A stretch of 64,000 nucleotides of DNA, from assembly GCA_964601765.1 (NCBI GenBank), contig CAZROR010000001.1, positions 10,694 to 74,693 on the forward strand, written 5' to 3'. Below, piece by piece: positions 29,267 through 38,983 of the stretch. The notes under the pieces were generated by a model. The model searched no databases, was not told the origin of the DNA, and saw nothing but the letters and a program-made list of their open reading frames with translations. Positions within the stretch are counted from its first letter, which is position 1. Each line of letters starts with the position of its first letter. The position numbers and the translations under genes are program-made. This stretch comes from an uncultured Zetaproteobacteria bacterium. GTDB taxonomy: Bacteria; Pseudomonadota; Zetaproteobacteria; Mariprofundales; Mariprofundaceae.

Positions 29267-30544
29267 CTAGGCTATCTGCTCCGTGCCCCCTACGTATGGG
29301 CGCAGTGCATCCGGAAGCTGCACGCTGCCATCAGCCTGCCAGCCGTTTTCCAGCAGTGCCACAATACAGCGTCCGATGGCTATACCCGAACCATTGATGG
29401 TGGCAACCGGTACGGGCTTGCCATCCGTATCCCGTACGCGTATGGCTGCCCTGCGACCCTGGAACTGACCGAATGACGAGCATGAAGATATTTCCCGGTA
29501 GGCCTGCTGACCCGGCAGCCATACCTCGATGTCAAAGGTTTTTTCAGCTGAAAAGCCAAGATCTCCGGCACACAGCTCAACCACGCGATACGGCAGCTCC
29601 AGTGCCTGCATCACGGCCTCGGCATGTGCTGTCAGTTCCCGTAGCTGAACCAGTGCCTGATCCGGGAGCGCAAACTGGACCAGCTCCACCTTGTCGAACT
29701 GATGCTGCCGGATCATGCCACGCACATCCTTCCCAGCTGACCCCGCCTCCCGCCGAAAGCAGGGAGTATAGGCGCAGTGGCGAATCGGCAGTCTGTCTGC
29801 CTCCAACACCATCTCACGGTAAAGGTTGGTCAACGGTACCTCGGCCGTGGGAATAAGGTAGGCCTCTTCCCCCTCAAGCCTGTAGAGGTCGTCAGCGAAT
29901 TTTGGTAGCTGCCCGGTACCCTGCATAACTGCGCGCTGCACAATAGCCGGCGGCCAGACCTCGTCATAACCGTGCCTGTCCACATGCATGTCCAGCATCA
30001 ACTGCATCAGTCCGCGCGCCAGCCGTGCTCCCATGCCACGCAATACGGTGAAGCGGCTACCGGATAACCGCGCCCCCGCCTCAAAATCGAGAATGCCAAG
30101 GCCAGTACCGATCTCCCAGTGTGGTGGCGTGGTATCTGTGCGTGGATCTCCCCAGGCATGCAGCACAACGTTGTCTGTTTCATCCTCACCATCGGGCACT
30201 GTGGGGTGTGGCGGGTTCGGGATCTCCAGCAACACCTCGGAAAATGCTGCTTCTGCCTGCTTTGCCTCGGCCTCGAGATGTTTGACACGCCGCGAAACCT
30301 CACTCATGGCAGCCAGTTCTTCTGTGGCATCCTCGCCACTTGCCTTTTTTTGTCCGATCAGCCTTGAAACACGGTTCCGTTCCGCCTGCAGGGCCTCCAG
30401 TTCCTGTTTAAGTCGGCGCTGCTGCACATCCAGTGCACGCGCCCTGCCCCAAGCACTTTGTTCGGACACGATGTTGTTGCCGCGCCGTGCCAATGCAGCC
30501 TGCATATCATCAAACTGTCGTCGAAACTGCCTCCGGTCGATCAT
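29267..30544 (-). CDS. serS: Seryl-tRNA synthetase
   Basis: 425 aa with an N-terminal coiled-coil arm and class II motifs (FRRE.G, GSG.A..R). Confidence 0.96.
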   Translation of the reverse strand: MIDRRQFRRQFDDMQAALARRGNNIVSEQSAWGRARALDVQQRRLKQELEALQAERNRVSRLIGQKKASGEDATEELAAMSEVSRRVKHLEAEAKQAEAAFSEVLLEIPNPPHPTVPDGEDETDNVVLHAWGDPRTDTTPPHWEIGTGLGILDFEAGARLSGSRFTVLRGMGARLARGLMQLMLDMHVDRHGYDEVWPPAIVQRAVMQGTGQLPKFADDLYRLEGEEAYLIPTAEVPLTNLYREMVLEADRLPIRHCAYTPCFRREAGSAGKDVRGMIRQHQFDKVELVQFALPDQALVQLRELTAHAEAVMQALELPYRVVELCAGDLGFSAEKTFDIEVWLPGQQAYREISSCSSFGQFQGRRAAIRVRDTDGKPVPVATINGSGIAIGRCIVALLENGWQADGSVQLPDALRPYVGGTEQIA

Positions 30545-32991
30545 GGGACAGCCACATCATCATCTTCCTGTTTTTCGGCCACACGCACAGCACCAATTAC
30601 ACGCTCCTCCGGGCCACAATTGATCAGCTTCACACCTTGCGTGTTACGGCCAATCACAGAGACACCATCCATACGGATGCGCACAAGGCGCCCCGTATCG
30701 GTCATCATCATTACCTGATCCTCGTCCACAACCTGCAAGGCCACCACCATGGCGCCATTGCGGCCACCAGTTTTTAGTGTGAATACACCCTGTCCGCCCC
30801 GATGCTGGCAGTGATATTCCTCAAGCGGTGTACGCTTGCCGTACCCGTTTTCACTGACCGCCAGGAGTGTCGCCCGCTCGGCTGCCAGCGTCATGGCAAT
30901 TACACGGTCACCCTTTGGCAGGCGCATGCCGGTAACCCCGCGTGTGGCCCTGCCCATCGGCCGCACACCAGACTCGGCAAACCTAATCGCCTTCCCGCCG
31001 CTGGATGAAAGCATGATTTCCTGTTCCCCGTTCGAAACACGCACCCCAATCAGGTCATCACCTTCATCGAGATTGATAGCAATGATGCCGCTGCTGCGGA
31101 TATTCCTGAATTCACCAAGCCGCGTCTTTTTCACCAGGCCATTGCGCGTGGCCATGACAATGAAATGATCGTCGTCAAATTCGCGGATGGCCAGCGTGGC
31201 CGAGATACGCTCATCCTTCTCTACAGGTAGAAGGTTCACAATCGCCTTACCGCGCGCTGCGCGGCCGGCCTGCGGCACCTCGTACACCTTTTTACGGAAA
31301 ACCCGGCCGCGGTTGCTGAAAAACAAGAGAAAATCATGTGTCGAGGCGACCATAAGCTGGGCAACAAAGTCCTCATCCTTGGTCGTCATTGCTGTCTTCC
31401 CCTTGCCTCCCCGGCGCTGCGCGCGGTAAAGGGAAACCGGGTTGCGTTTGATGTAGCCGGCGTTGGAGATCGTGACGACCATATCCTCCTCGGTAATCAG
31501 ATCCTCAACAGAAAGTTCCGCGGTCTCGTCCATGATCTCCGTACGCCGCTCGTCGGCGTACTGATCGCGTACGGCCTCCAGCTCCTCGATGATCACCTGC
31601 ATGAGCAGCTTTTCATCCGCGAGAATCGCCTTGAGTCGGGTGATCGTGGCCTGAACCTCGTCGTATTCGGCACGAATTTTGTCCCGCTCCAGCCCGGTTA
31701 GGCGCTGTAGTCGCATCTCCAGGATGGCCTGCGCCTGTTTTTCACTGAGGCCGAAGGTCTCCATCAGGCCGGACTTGGCATCCTGGGCCGTGCGGCTGCC
31801 CCGAATAAGGGCTATCACCTCGTCGATGCGATCCAGCGCAATGAGCAACCCCTCGAGGATATGGGCACGGGCTCGCGCCTTGGCAAGCTCGAACAGGCAG
31901 CGCCTGGTGACCACCTGGCGCCGGTGATCGACAAAGTGCAGCAACAGCTCACGCACACCGCAGCGCTTCGGCCTGCCATCGATCAGCGCGAGCAGGTTGC
32001 AGCCGAAGTTCAGCTGCATTTGTGTGTGTTTGTATAGGTTGTTCAGCACCACTTCGGGGATTTCATCCCGCTTCAGCTCAATGACAATACGCATGCCATC
32101 GCGGTCAGACTCATCGCGCAGATCCGAGATGCCGCCAAGCTTCTTGTCGCGAACAAGGCCAGCAATACTCTCAATAAGATTCGCCTTATTCACCTGATAT
32201 GGAAGCTCGGTGACAATCAGTGCACAGCGGCCGGTTCGTGGATGCTTCTCGACGATAGCACGCGCGCGCATCGTGATGGAGCCGCGACCATGCAGGAAGG
32301 CACTCTCGATTCCCCGACGCCCGTAAATAAAGCCACCAGTTGGGAAATCCGGCCCCGGCATAATGGCCATGAGCTCGGCATCGGGAATCTCCCGGTTGCG
32401 AATCAGCGCAATGGTTGCATTGATGGCCTCACCGAGATTGTGTGGCGGGATGTTTGTTGCCATACCCACGGCAATGCCCGTAGAGCCATTCACGAGCAGG
32501 TTCGGGTAGCGTGCTGGCAGCACCTTCGGTTCGCGCAGCGATTCGTCATAATTCGGAACGAAGTCCACGGTATCCTTATCCAGGTCACTTAACAGCTCTG
32601 CGGCCAGCCGGCTCATTCTGGCCTCGGTGTAGCGCATGGCTGCGGGGGAATCACCATCCATGGAGCCGAAGTTGCCCTGACCATCTACGAGCAGGTAGCG
32701 CATGCTCCAGTCCTGCGCCATGCGTACGAGCGCGTCGTAAACAGCCGTATCGCCGTGCGGATGGTATTTGCCAATCACGTCACCGACGACTCGGGCCGAT
32801 TTCTTATATGGCTTGTCATGCGTTGAACCGAGATCCTGCATGGCGTAGAGAATGCGACGGTGAACGGGCTTCAGACCATCCCTGGCATCGGGCAATGCAC
32901 GTCCGATAATGACGCTCATCGCATAATCAAGATAGGAGCGCCGCATCTCATCCTCAATGAGGACAGGAATCGCGGTATTCAATTGTTCCAT
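30541..32991 (-). CDS. gyrA: DNA gyrase subunit A
   Basis: Contains [23 protein letters not shown] and GKYHPHGD, plus C-terminal beta-pinwheel repeats. Confidence 0.97.
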   Translation of the reverse strand: MEQLNTAIPVLIEDEMRRSYLDYAMSVIIGRALPDARDGLKPVHRRILYAMQDLGSTHDKPYKKSARVVGDVIGKYHPHGDTAVYDALVRMAQDWSMRYLLVDGQGNFGSMDGDSPAAMRYTEARMSRLAAELLSDLDKDTVDFVPNYDESLREPKVLPARYPNLLVNGSTGIAVGMATNIPPHNLGEAINATIALIRNREIPDAELMAIMPGPDFPTGGFIYGRRGIESAFLHGRGSITMRARAIVEKHPRTGRCALIVTELPYQVNKANLIESIAGLVRDKKLGGISDLRDESDRDGMRIVIELKRDEIPEVVLNNLYKHTQMQLNFGCNLLALIDGRPKRCGVRELLLHFVDHRRQVVTRRCLFELAKARARAHILEGLLIALDRIDEVIALIRGSRTAQDAKSGLMETFGLSEKQAQAILEMRLQRLTGLERDKIRAEYDEVQATITRLKAILADEKLLMQVIIEELEAVRDQYADERRTEIMDETAELSVEDLITEEDMVVTISNAGYIKRNPVSLYRAQRRGGKGKTAMTTKDEDFVAQLMVASTHDFLLFFSNRGRVFRKKVYEVPQAGRAARGKAIVNLLPVEKDERISATLAIREFDDDHFIVMATRNGLVKKTRLGEFRNIRSSGIIAINLDEGDDLIGVRVSNGEQEIMLSSSGGKAIRFAESGVRPMGRATRGVTGMRLPKGDRVIAMTLAAERATLLAVSENGYGKRTPLEEYHCQHRGGQGVFTLKTGGRNGAMVVALQVVDEDQVMMMTDTGRLVRIRMDGVSVIGRNTQGVKLINCGPEERVIGAVRVAEKQEDDDVAVP

Positions 32992-33023
32992 GGCAGGCTA
33001 TCCCCCTGTATCGTGGCCGAAAC

Positions 33024-33100
33024 TGGTGCCCTCGGCAGGACTCGAACCTGCGGCCTACGGTTTAGGAAACCGTTGCTCTATCCAGCTGAGCTACGAAGGC
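33024..33100 (-). tRNA. tRNA-Arg (anticodon CCU)
   Basis: Manual cloverleaf: GCCTTCG/CGAGGGC acceptor stem (one G.U pair), loop TTCCTAA, T-arm GCAGGTTCGAGTCCTGC and CCA. Confidence 0.95.
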
Positions 33101-33168
33101 GAATGGCGTTGCAATCATAACGCCAACCTGGGCTGGAGGCGACTACGAAAGGGGATTCAGACGCGCCT

Positions 33169-34017
33169 TCAGAGCATCTCGTCGCGTGTAAGCCTTGCCT
33201 CCCTGATGAACTGTTTCAGCTTCTGAAGCGCCCCGACCTGAATCTGGCGAATACGCTCACGCGTTACGCCAAGATGCCGTCCGATGGCCTCCAGCGTCCA
33301 CGGGTCATCATCCGAATCAAGACCGAAACGCAAGCAAACGACATCGCGCTCCTTGTCCGATAGATGGGAAAGCCATGTCTGGATGAGATCATGACGCACG
33401 CTGTTGTCCAGATGATCATCCGGCGGCTCGGCGTGCTCATCCTCAGTAACGTCATACAGGGTGAAGTCACCTTCTGCATGCAGTAACTGATCTGTACTCT
33501 CCATATGTGTATTCACCCCCTGGAGATCCTGTACGCGCTGCTCGCTTTTCCCCATATATTCGGCAATTTCATGTGTATCCGGCTCCCGGCCGAGACGGGC
33601 ACGCAACATGTTTGTGGCGCGCAACATGGCATTGTATTCCTTGCTGACGTGCACAGGCAGGCGAATGGTGCGCGACTGGTTCATGATGGCACGTTCAATC
33701 GACTGCCGTATCCACCAGGTGGCATAGGTTGAAAATCGGCAACCATGCGCAACATCGAACTTGTCGACGGCCCGCATTAGACCGATGTTGCCTTCCTCGA
33801 TCAGATCGGAAAGCGGCAGGCCGCGCTTTACATAGCGACGGGCAATTTTCACGACAAGCCTGAGATTGCACTGAATCATGCGCTGGCGTGCGGCCTGGTC
33901 CCCGCGTGCAATCTGCTCCGCTAACGCCACCTCTTCCTCGGCAGACAACAGCTTGAAGCGTGAAATTTCACGCATATATAGACTCATCGGGTTCATGCTG
34001 ACAGGCTTCATGGGCAT
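33169..34017 (-). CDS. rpoS: RNA polymerase sigma factor RpoS (sigma-38 type)
   Basis: Sigma70 regions 2-4 are present (NLRLVVKIARRY, FSTYATWWIRQSIERAI, TLEAIGRHLGVTRERIRQI). The length of 282 aa and the nlpD-rpoS synteny support RpoS. Confidence 0.88.
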   Translation of the reverse strand: MPMKPVSMNPMSLYMREISRFKLLSAEEEVALAEQIARGDQAARQRMIQCNLRLVVKIARRYVKRGLPLSDLIEEGNIGLMRAVDKFDVAHGCRFSTYATWWIRQSIERAIMNQSRTIRLPVHVSKEYNAMLRATNMLRARLGREPDTHEIAEYMGKSEQRVQDLQGVNTHMESTDQLLHAEGDFTLYDVTEDEHAEPPDDHLDNSVRHDLIQTWLSHLSDKERDVVCLRFGLDSDDDPWTLEAIGRHLGVTRERIRQIQVGALQKLKQFIREARLTRDEML

Positions 34018-34032
34018 CTCGTGCGCAGCATA

Positions 34033-34803
34033 TCAGGGAAGATAGGAGAGTGGGTCAACCGGTATTGACCCACGCCTGATCTCAAAGTGCAGATGTGGGG
34101 CTGTGGCACGTCCCGTCTTGCCAACATGTGCAATGACCTGACCGGCCTTCACCCGGTCACCCTTGCGGACAAGATTACGCTGATTATGCGCATAGGCCGT
34201 AAACTGGTTATGCCGATGGCGCAAGATAATGAGCTTGCCATAGCCAGCCAGACGGCTATCCGCATAGACAACCGTACCGGTGGCAGCTGCATGGATCGGA
34301 GCTCCCTCCGGAGCTGCGATATCAATTCCATCATGCATACGCCGTCCTCGATGGCCAAAACGGCTGGTGATTTTGCCCTTGACCGGCCACTGCAACCGGA
34401 CAAATGATGCCTTCCCGGCTGCTCGTGACGACTTTCTTGTTGCCTTCCTGTGATGACTGTTCCTCTTTTTGGCAACAGCGGCATGGTGCGGCCGTGGTTT
34501 TGCATGTGCCTGTTTTTTGCGTGTCTGCGGAATCGGCAGGTAGGCAGGTGCAGGAGCTGATCGCCACAGGTAAATACGCTGCCCGACATAAATCGTGTAT
34601 GGTGCGCGGATATGGTTCCGGCGTGCAAGCACCCGGAAGTCCACGCCATGTGCCTTGCCGATGCCATACAGCGTTTCTCCCGGCCGGACAATATGAACGG
34701 CATGCCGTCCCACCCCGTAGCCGGGTAGCTGTATCTTCATGCAGCCACTCAGCATTGCCAGAAGCAACAGCCCGGAGAAAATGGAAAGCCTTTGCACGGA
34801 CAT
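34033..34803 (-). CDS. nlpD: LysM / M23 peptidase lipoprotein (NlpD-like)
   Basis: Lipobox LLAMLSGC, a LysM segment (HIVRPGETLYGIGKAHGV...) and an M23 domain (HDGIDIAAPEGAPIHAAATGTV). ATG at 34803 was confirmed. The upstream extension of the ORF track to 35187 overlaps the yqaA-like gene. Confidence 0.85.
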   Translation of the reverse strand: MSVQRLSIFSGLLLLAMLSGCMKIQLPGYGVGRHAVHIVRPGETLYGIGKAHGVDFRVLARRNHIRAPYTIYVGQRIYLWRSAPAPAYLPIPQTRKKQAHAKPRPHHAAVAKKRNSHHRKATRKSSRAAGKASFVRLQWPVKGKITSRFGHRGRRMHDGIDIAAPEGAPIHAAATGTVVYADSRLAGYGKLIILRHRHNQFTAYAHNQRNLVRKGDRVKAGQVIAHVGKTGRATAPHLHFEIRRGSIPVDPLSYLP

Positions 34804-34817
34804 CAATCCACAGCCTT

Positions 34818-35510
34818 TTACTTCCATAGCCAGAGACCAACAAAGCCCATAATGACAAGCAATACAACTGCCACTGTCATAAGCTCGAAATGCCGCTCGA
34901 CAATTCCACGCAGGCGCATACCTCCCCAGCGCAGCAATGCCCCCTCCAGATAAAAGCGAGCCGCACGCGAGGCAAGGCATGCCAACAGAAAAGCGATAAA
35001 CGGCATGTGAAAGGCCCCGGCGGCAATCGTAATGACCTTGAACGGGATAGGTGAAAATCCCGCAACGAGCACAACCCCGATGCCATATTCCAAAAACAGT
35101 GCCTGCACGTGATTGAATTGCGCCATGGCGCCGTAAAAACGGAGCAGAGGCTCGGCGACACCGACAAACAGAAACATGCCAATGCAAAAACCTATTGCAG
35201 CACCCATGACGGATCCTGCTGTTGAAATGGCGGCAAAGCGCAGCGACATCGCTGGCCGGCCGAGTGCCAGGGCAATAAGCAGGACATCGGGCGGGATCGG
35301 AAAAACGCTGGCCTCAATAACAGCGATGAAAAACAGAGCCCACTGCGCCTGCGGATGATCTGCCAGGGAAAGCGTCCATACATAGGCACGGCGAAGCCAC
35401 GAACGCTTGGGCCCCGGTGCCTCGCAGGCCTTACTGTTGATGCCGCACTCCGGCAACGAGAGGCACAAAGCAGCAGTCATCGAAATGCTCTTCGGTGACA
35501 TGGCTGCCAC
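34818..35510 (-). CDS. YqaA/DedA-type (SNARE-associated) membrane protein
   Basis: Polytopic. VIEASVFPIPPDVLLIALAL and GFSPIPFKVITIAAG resemble the YqaA family. The start is uncertain because the 5' end overlaps the pcm 3' end. Confidence 0.7.
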   Translation of the reverse strand: MAAMSPKSISMTAALCLSLPECGINSKACEAPGPKRSWLRRAYVWTLSLADHPQAQWALFFIAVIEASVFPIPPDVLLIALALGRPAMSLRFAAISTAGSVMGAAIGFCIGMFLFVGVAEPLLRFYGAMAQFNHVQALFLEYGIGVVLVAGFSPIPFKVITIAAGAFHMPFIAFLLACLASRAARFYLEGALLRWGGMRLRGIVERHFELMTVAVVLLVIMGFVGLWLWK

Positions 35511-36105
35511 GTCGCGTCAGCCTTACAAGCATATGCCGCCCATCACCCCCTACGGGCATGACAAGCACACCACCATCCCGCAGCTGCCGCAGCCAGGCAT
35601 CCGGCACCTGCTCACCACCAGCCGCAGCGAGAATGGCATCGAATGGGGCATATTCCTCCCACCCAAGCGTTCCATCCGCACATTTCAGCATGACATTCGC
35701 GTGCCGGGCAGCGCGCAGGTTGGCACGTGCGCGTTCAAGCAGTGTCGGGATACGCTCGATGCTGTATACCCGACGACACAGACGTGAAAGCACCGCTGTC
35801 TGGTAGCCGCAGCCCGTCCCGATTTCCAGCACACGCTCATGTCCCTGAAGTTGCAGCAGCTGCGTCATTCTGGCCACCATATATGGCTGCGAGATCGTCT
35901 GTCCGGCCCCTATAGGCAGGGATTTGTCAAGATAGGCGTGCCCTGACAGGGCTGCGTCAACAAACAGATGACGCGGCACCTCCTCCATGGCCGCGATCAC
36001 CCGCTTGTCCGAAATGCCCCGCGCCACAAGCTGCTCGGCAATCATGCGCCGCCGTGGCCGACTGTAGGTCGGTTCCGTCCGTTGCGGACTCACCACCCGG
36101 TACAA
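35431..36105 (-). CDS. pcm: Protein-L-isoaspartate O-methyltransferase
   Basis: Contains ISQPYMVARMTQLL and VLEIGTGCGYQTAVL. An alternative start is at 36045. Confidence 0.9.
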   Translation of the reverse strand: MYRVVSPQRTEPTYSRPRRRMIAEQLVARGISDKRVIAAMEEVPRHLFVDAALSGHAYLDKSLPIGAGQTISQPYMVARMTQLLQLQGHERVLEIGTGCGYQTAVLSRLCRRVYSIERIPTLLERARANLRAARHANVMLKCADGTLGWEEYAPFDAILAAAGGEQVPDAWLRQLRDGGVLVMPVGGDGRHMLVRLTRRGSHVTEEHFDDCCFVPLVAGVRHQQ

Positions 36106-36127
36106 CCGGCAAGAAAATGGTCGGGAC

Positions 36128-36204
36128 GAGAGGATTTGAACCTCCGACCACCAGTCCCCCAGACTGGTGCGCTACCAGGCTGCGCTACGTCCCGTTGCAT
36201 ACAT
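36128..36204 (-). tRNA. tRNA-Pro (anticodon GGG)
   Basis: Manual cloverleaf: CGGGACG/CGTCCCG acceptor stem, anticodon loop CTGGGGG, T-arm GGAGGTTCAAATCCTCT and CCA. Confidence 0.95.
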
Positions 36205-36307
36205 GCCGCACTATACACAAGCCACCTGCGAACGAAATCCTGCCTGAAATACATGACGCTGCATGCCGGACCATATGGTGACGGCAGATCTCCGCGTGGT
36301 GGCGTCT

Positions 36308-36691
36308 TTATTCCTGGGCGTCAAGCAGATCGCGTATGGCGCATAGCTCCTTTCGCAGCAATTCCAGCTCGGAGCGGAAAGAATTCTGCCCCGCCATCTC
36401 CTTGATGTCACCATCCTGTAAACGCTTCCTTGCTCCTTTGATGGTGAAGTTCAGATCGTACAGAAGATGCTTGATTTTCAGAATTGCAATAACATCTCGC
36501 TGGCGGTAAAAGCGCCGGTTGCCGTTCTTTTTGACCGGCCGGATATGGCGGAATTCAGTTTCCCAGTAGCGCAAAACATGGGGTTCAACTCCGCATATCT
36601 CACTGACTTCACGAATAGTAAAAAAAAGCTTGTCGGGCAGCTCCGGTCTGCTGAAGGCTGATGGCAGCTCCAGCTGATCCGTTGATGTCAT
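36308..36691 (-). CDS. MerR-family transcriptional regulator (ihfA-associated type)
   Basis: FTIREVSEICGVEPHVLRYWETEFRHIRPVKKNGNRRFYRQRDV is a MerR HTH. The gene overlaps the ihfA stop by 4 nt. Confidence 0.8.
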   Translation of the reverse strand: MTSTDQLELPSAFSRPELPDKLFFTIREVSEICGVEPHVLRYWETEFRHIRPVKKNGNRRFYRQRDVIAILKIKHLLYDLNFTIKGARKRLQDGDIKEMAGQNSFRSELELLRKELCAIRDLLDAQE

Positions 36692-36972
36692 TCAGCCGCC
36701 TCGTTCAAATGCTGCTTCAGCAACTGGCTGGCACGGAAGGTGACGACCCGGCGGGGTGTAATCATGATTTCCTCACCGGTCTTCGGGTTGCGGCCGCGCC
36801 TTGTCCGCTTGTCGCGTAACATAAAGCTGCCAAAACCGGAAATCTTTACATCCTCGCCGCGTGCCAGCGTATTCCGCATGCTGTCCAGAATAAAATCGAC
36901 CATTTGTGCGGACTCGCTCTTGGACAGCCCAACTCGTGCGTGGACGATTTCTGCAATCTCGGCCTTCGTCAT
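36688..36972 (-). CDS. ihfA: Integration host factor subunit alpha
   Basis: MTKAEIAEIVHARVGLSKSESAQMVDFIL...GFGSFMLRDKRTRRGRNPKTGEEIMITPRRVVTFRAS. Met at 36972 gives 94 aa. Confidence 0.9.
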   Translation of the reverse strand: MTKAEIAEIVHARVGLSKSESAQMVDFILDSMRNTLARGEDVKISGFGSFMLRDKRTRRGRNPKTGEEIMITPRRVVTFRASQLLKQHLNEAAE

Positions 36973-37032
36973 GACATCCCCCGGAAAAGCTGGCATATAG
37001 CGAAATTTAGCGGAACGAAACACTTCATGCCA

Positions 37033-37728
37033 TCAAAAGACGCAACTCTCAAGCCGCCCCTCGTGTAGACGCAATACCCTATCGCTCTCGCGTGCAAAAC
37101 GCATGCTGTGTGTCACCATCATGACAGCCGCACCCTCCTCACGACATAGCTGCCGCATGGCAGCAAAAACCTCGGCTGCCGTGTGCTCATCGAGATTTCC
37201 CGTTGGCTCATCCGCCAAAAGCAACCGTGGCCTGCCTACCAGCGCCCGTGCCACGGCTACACGCTGCGCCTCGCCCCCGGACAGGCGCCCGGGCCGGTGA
37301 TTCAGGCGTGTGCCCAGCCCAAGTTTGCGCAGCAGGCTGGTAGCACGCTCCTCCGCCCCGGTACGTGGCTGTCGTCTGATCAGAAGCGGTAACATGACAT
37401 TCTCCACGGCATCCAGCTCCGGGATCAGATGGTGCGCCTGGTAGACAAAACCAATATGACGGTTCCGAATGTGAGCTGCCTCATTGCCACCAAGAGAAAA
37501 CAGCGCCTTTCCGGCCAGCACAGCACTTCCCGCATCAGCGGGCTCCAGGGTGCCCAGTACATGTAGCAGCGTGCTCTTGCCAGAGCCGGATTCACCCACA
37601 ATGGCCAGAAATTCACCTTCGGCAAGCTGGAAATCAACACCGCACAGCACGTGAATCGGCCCGGTCGGGAAGGCAAAGCTCTTCTTCAGGCCAGTTACAT
37701 CGAGAAGTGTTGAAGCGGCCCCGGTCAT
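37033..37728 (-). CDS. lolD: Lipoprotein-releasing ABC transporter ATP-binding protein
   Basis: Walker A GESGSGKST, signature LSGGEAQRVAVARAL and Walker B LLLADEPTGNLD. The gene is near lolC/E. The ORF-track start is at 37758. Confidence 0.85.
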   Translation of the reverse strand: MTGAASTLLDVTGLKKSFAFPTGPIHVLCGVDFQLAEGEFLAIVGESGSGKSTLLHVLGTLEPADAGSAVLAGKALFSLGGNEAAHIRNRHIGFVYQAHHLIPELDAVENVMLPLLIRRQPRTGAEERATSLLRKLGLGTRLNHRPGRLSGGEAQRVAVARALVGRPRLLLADEPTGNLDEHTAAEVFAAMRQLCREEGAAVMMVTHSMRFARESDRVLRLHEGRLESCVF

Positions 37729-37768
37729 CTCCACGCATCCCCTGAGGTCAGGCTCCACATGACACTGT

Positions 37769-38977
37769 TCATCCCTGCTGTTCCGTCAGCGTCTTGATAG
37801 TACTTTGTACACGCTTCTTCAGATATGCTTCAACAACATCCCGTATCCTTGGATAATCCTTGACAATTTTATCAAAGTCTGTGCGGGAAAGCTCCATGAG
37901 TTCTACCGTGCCCTTGGCCCGTACTGTTGCCGTCCTCGGCCGGCCCGTAAGCAGCGCAACCTCTCCAAAAAAATCTCCGGCACGCATGCTACCAAGCGGT
38001 ACTTGTCGCCTCTTTTTCCTGTCCAGTACGAATACCTGCACTTCCCCTGAACGAATAAGGTAAAACGTATCGCCGATATCTCCCTCACGAACGATGCAAT
38101 CACCATCCGCAAATGTACGCAATCTGAAATGTTGGATCAGCTCAAATCGCACCTTGTCCGGTATCCCCTCGAATACAGGGGTAATTGCAAGTACCTGGGC
38201 AAGTACGCGCTGCTTGTAGAATTCCTCGGCCACAGAGCGAATGGAAGGGAATTTAGCTACCCAATCGTCAAACGTGGCGCGGTCGACCATCAGTACACAG
38301 GCATCCGTCCCGGCACGCGCCGCATGCGTATGGCGAGAACGTGACATGAAGCCGACCTCACCAAAGAAATCTCCCTCACCAAGAAGCGAGAAAACCTTGA
38401 CCTGTCCGGAAGCATCCGCCGCCTCCAGCAGAATTTCGCCCATACCAACCAAATATAGGGTATCACCCGTATCGCCCTGTCTGAAAACAAACTCATCCTT
38501 GGCGAGCATGCGAAGCCTAAGAGACTTGATGAAGGCGTCCAGTTCCTCTCCAGACAATCCGGAGAGCAATGGCGTGCGTGTAATCCGCGGCCTGGGTTGT
38601 GGTATCCCGGCGGCAGGGGAAGTCAACGCACCGGTCTGACTCATGGCCCAATCATCCCCACGCTCCTTGGAAAGGCGTTTTAACTGCTCCCTGACTTCAG
38701 TCTGGGACGGGTCAAGGCGCATGATGATCTTGTCAATCGCAATGGCTTGCACGGCCATGCCCTGCTCGGCATAAGTCTTCGCAATCTGGATATATTCCTT
38801 CACGGCACCAGGCACATCACCTGTCTTCTCGAGCAGCTCGGCAATCTTGATACGGATGCGCATATCATCGGGTCTGGCCTTGTGCAGCTCGGTAAACAGC
38901 TCCAGGGCCTTCTCGAACCGCCCTGCCATGAGCGCCCTATTGGCCTGACTGCGTAACGCCCCGCTATTTACCATCAC
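37769..38977 (-). CDS. TPR-like N-terminal domain plus two cyclic-nucleotide-binding (cNMP) domains
   Basis: The second CNB domain has a canonical phosphate-binding cassette, FFGEVALLTGRPRTATVRA. The first is degenerate (FFGEVGFMSRSRHTHAARA). No output domain is recognisable. Confidence 0.8.
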   Translation of the reverse strand: MMVNSGALRSQANRALMAGRFEKALELFTELHKARPDDMRIRIKIAELLEKTGDVPGAVKEYIQIAKTYAEQGMAVQAIAIDKIIMRLDPSQTEVREQLKRLSKERGDDWAMSQTGALTSPAAGIPQPRPRITRTPLLSGLSGEELDAFIKSLRLRMLAKDEFVFRQGDTGDTLYLVGMGEILLEAADASGQVKVFSLLGEGDFFGEVGFMSRSRHTHAARAGTDACVLMVDRATFDDWVAKFPSIRSVAEEFYKQRVLAQVLAITPVFEGIPDKVRFELIQHFRLRTFADGDCIVREGDIGDTFYLIRSGEVQVFVLDRKKRRQVPLGSMRAGDFFGEVALLTGRPRTATVRAKGTVELMELSRTDFDKIVKDYPRIRDVVEAYLKKRVQSTIKTLTEQQG

Positions 38978-38983
38978 ATTCGC

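Noticed and set aside
36205-36260. There is a possible promoter for tRNA-Pro, with TATAGT about 15 nt upstream of the mature 5' end.
   Set aside because: No convincing -35 element lies at a 16-18 nt spacing. It is a single hexamer match only, so it is not reported as a feature.
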